A DNA stretch of 64,000 nucleotides from Monocercomonoides exilis PA203 (taxonomy: Eukaryota; Protista; Preaxostyla): positions 620,001 through 684,000 of the forward strand of contig LSRY02000031.1 in assembly GCA_001643675.2 (NCBI GenBank), written 5' to 3'. The position numbers and the translations under genes were made by a program. Positions 60,546 through 64,000 of this stretch are shown in pieces. Position 1 is the first letter of the stretch, and each line of letters begins with the position of its first letter. The notes beneath the pieces were generated by a model. That model had not been told where the DNA came from, did not search any database, and was given only the letters and a program-made list of their open reading frames with translations.

Positions 60546-63500
60546 ATGATAAAGCAGCCAACACCTTATTTTACGGCTGTAACATCACATTCTCGCCAAC
60601 CATCTGCGTCAGTTTTAGAAAATCTTATTCAAGAAAAGCAAAGAAAGATTGAACATCTTTCTCAAAAAGATAGGTTTTTGCTGAGCTTTATTCTTGAATT
60701 TAAAAAAATAACTTCTTTTCATTAAAATCATAAATGTTTTTTAATCATGATTATCAATATTATTAGTGCAATTAAAAGCGATAGAACAAAGGAAGGCTCT
60801 TCTATTATCAGTTCAACTCCAGAAACCGATCCATATAAAAAAATTTCGCATATCTCTTCAGGGAATTCTCGTCTTAAGGCCTCATCGTCTGCAAAAGAAC
60901 CTTCATACAAATTTCTTTCACAAATGAAAAATTCACAAGAAAGGGCTCTTACTCCCCCAAATTTATTAATGCACCAACAACGAGAAAATAGTTTCAATGA
61001 AAAAGATAAAGATCAAAGTTATACGAGCAAATCAGCCTCTGAAATGCAGATCTTAGCAGAAAAGAAAGAACTTGGCAGGATCACAAATCAAAAAGGAGAT
61101 GCAAATTCCAATGAAAGTTTGGAGAAAGGATTTTCTTATGAAGATAACAAAAAATGCGAAGATTCAACTGCCATATTAGCAAGAGTGGGCACTTTCATAG
61201 AAGAACGCAGAAAGCGAGAAGAGGAAAGGCGGAGAAACGAGCTACGGCAGATGGAGGGATTTTCTAAAGAAGCGAATGATGACTTTTCAGAAGAAAGGCT
61301 TAGAAGGGGAAAAGAAGAAAGAGCAGGAAATGACGAAAGTCAACAAATCACACAGCAAAATGAAGCAGTGAAGGAAAATCCAAATGAAATCGTGAGTGAA
61401 AAGAAAGAAGGCACCTCATTTGCTTCTGAAAGCTCCAAAGATCTTATAAGAGAAAAGAGGGGAGATGTTGAAGCAACTTCACAGTGTCATCCTTCAAACA
61501 CACCATCGTCAAATAAGAACACTGAATCACAATCGCAATTGTTGCCTCAATCACAATCTCAGACTCAACTTCAACCTTCTTCCACTCGTCAAACACCCCG
61601 CCCTCGTTCTCAATCTTCTTCCTCTTCCTCCTCTTCCTCTTCCTCTCTCCCTCTTCGTGCCTCTTCTCCTTCTCAACTTCCTTCATCATCATCAACTTCC
61701 TCTTCCTCTTCCTCTTCCTCCTCCTCTCCAACCCGCACCCCTCCCCCTCTTTCAAGCAGCATGCAGTCTTTTCTCAGCCGCGCACAGAAACAAGAGGCGC
61801 AGCGGCAGGCGAAGCTGACTGTGCTGAAGAGAGAGGAAGAGGCGAGGAAGAAAGAGAAGATGAAGAAAGAATTCACATTCCATCCTTCGATTGAGAAGTC
61901 ACAGAGGACGGCATGCTTGTCTGTGGCTGGTGGAGGAGCAATGGGGGGAAAAGAAGGAAGAGAAGGAGGCAAAGTGAGATGGAGAAAACCAGAAGACGAA
62001 GATGCAATTCAACCGGCTAACAACAACACATGTGTGCCTTCAAGTGACAATACATTGGATGCTTCAGAGAGACAAAGAAACAATCAACAGCCAAATTCAG
62101 TTTCAATTTCAATTTCACAGCCATTGTCTTCCACAGCTTCTCGCTCTCCTTCTTCGCAGCTCATCCAACTTTTGTCTCTTTCTCCTTCTGTTTCTGCTCA
62201 GCTATCATCAAACTCCTTTCAGAGAAGACCCAGTTCGCCTGCGTTGTCATTTCCTGCTTCTTCTTTTTATCCTTCTTCTTCTTCTTCTTCTTCAAATTCT
62301 TCCTCATCTTCTTCTACTGCTACTGCTGTTCCTATGAATAACACTCTCAACACTTCGACAGTTTCTGCTTCTTCTTCTTCTTCTTCTTCTTCCATTCCAT
62401 CATCATCATCTTCATCATCTTTACCTTCTTCTTCTTCTTCTTCTTCTTCTTCTTCTTCTGTTTCATTCACACCTGAATTGCTATCACTCACACACATTCC
62501 CACACACCTCCTTCCTCCTTCTCAGGGGCCTCTTTCAACTCCTCTTGGATTGCCATTGAATTCTTCTTCTTCTTCTTCTTCCCTTCTCACTTCGCAATTG
62601 CCTCAGCTTTCTGTTCAACCACAACAGATTTCTTCTCTTTCTTCTTCTTCTTCTGCTCCTTCTCTTGTTCCTTTCACTCAAACACAAGCATTTCCATCGC
62701 AATCTTCTTCATCTTCTTCTCTTTCTTCTTCTTCTTCTTCTTCTTCTTCAAGGCAGTCTCTTTCAGATCCACTTCACATCTTCAAATTCTCTCCTTCGCC
62801 TCCTCCTCATTCGCATTCATCACATCCAGACATTTCATCATCATCTTCTTCATCTTCTTCAACAAATCCTTCCTCTTCCTCCTCCTCTCCCTCTCCTCCT
62901 CCTCCTTCTTCTTCTTCCTCTTCCTCTTCTTCCTCTTCTTCTTCCGACCTTCCCTTCGAAGAGCGCCTTCTCAGATGGGGGCAGAACAGAGATGCAGCAA
63001 ATGCGTCGTTGAGAGAGAAGATAAGAGCGAAAGAGATGGAAGAAGCAACATTTCATCCTCATCTTGTGACTGGAAGCAAACAATACAGACAAAAATATGC
63101 AAAGGGGAGAAAAGAAGAGAAGGGGGAAAAGAGGGAAAAGAGGGAAAAGGGAGGAAAAGGAAGGAAAGAAAAGAAGGAGATGAAAGGGAAGAAGGAGAAG
63201 AAGGAGACGAAGAGTACAAGTGAAGATGAAATTGAAGAAGAAGAAGAAGATGATGATGAGGAGGAGGAGGAGGAGGACGAAAAGAATCAATCTCCACAAA
63301 TTTCTCCTTCATCATCATCTTCTTCCTCTTCTTCCTCTTCCTCTTCTTTCTTCACAAAACAACCAATTGTAACTTTTTCTCCAAATGGAACTAAATCAAC
63401 AATTCCACAGTTTTCCACGCCTCAAACAACTTCTTCTTCATCTTCTTCTTTTCCTTCTTCTTCTTCCTCTTCTTCTTCTTCTTCTTCTCTTTCTCCTGCT

Positions 63501-64000
63501 CTTTCTGTCTATCTTTCGCAGAATCCATTTGACAGGCTGTCAAAATTTGTGTATCCAAAACAGTGTTTAATGGCACAGACAATGCAGATGACAATAAAAG
63601 GGCAAAATAAACAAGAAAACAGAGAAAACAGAGAAAATCAATATAATCAATATAATCAGGAAAATGAAGAAAACGATGAAAACAATGAAGATGATGAAGA
63701 TGATGAAGATGTGCAGCAATTCCAAAGGATTGAAAGAGGAGGAAGAGGAGAAAGAGGAGGAGGAAGAGAAGGAAGAGGTTATTTGAGCAAAGAGAAAGAA
63801 ACAGAAGATATCGAAAGAAGCAGAAACGCACAAGAAATGTTTCGATTAAACAGAGAAACGCAGCCAAATTGCTTGAAAACGCCTTCAAATGACCCAAATA
63901 CAGGAATGCTGACATCCAGAAGCAATCAATACAACACTTCTTCTTCGTCATCAACATCATCTTCTTCTTCTTTCCCTTCTTCTTCTGCTTCTTCCACATC
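60546..64000 (+). CDS. Large Ser/Glu-rich low-complexity protein with TFxP motifs; continues beyond the window (exon 1 60546-60673, exon 2 from 60767)
   Basis: Frame-consistent intron; coiled-coil segments ending in KEFTFHPSI and EEATFHPHL; absent from the ORF track probably because no stop lies in the window. Confidence 0.6.

Noticed and set aside
1-64000. Alternative genetic code (UAA/UAG = Gln, as in some oxymonads) to explain in-frame stops
   Set aside because: SUB1 and PEN2 end at TAA at the expected length, long conserved ORFs contain no internal TAA/TAG, and the broken regions also contain TGA stops and frameshifts.

Overview
AT-rich, intron-containing eukaryotic genomic DNA read with the standard code. 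Poly-Ser/poly-Glu low-complexity inserts, GTTTG splice donors and a giant Cys/Gly-repeat receptor pseudokinase suggest an oxymonad such as Monocercomonoides (inference). Two compact housekeeping clusters (1.4-11.7 kb: ESF1, an ER-type FKBP, SF1/BBP, MON1; 51.6-64 kb: N-truncated RPN1, PEN2, IST1, PC4/SUB1 and a low-complexity protein running off the end) flank a repeat- and pseudogene-rich middle with several MITE/foldback elements. The highlight is a ~6.2 kb DNA transposon (~36349-42545) with ~600 bp terminal inverted repeats. It carries one intact three-exon gene (~1223 aa) for a Sola-like DDD transposase with an apparently active ubiquitin-specific protease (USP/C19) domain embedded in it. 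Four nucleotides after the stop codon lies a ~145 nt multi-branched, probably pseudoknotted RNA structure with a C(UUCG)G hairpin. All family assignments come from motif recognition by eye; no searches were run.
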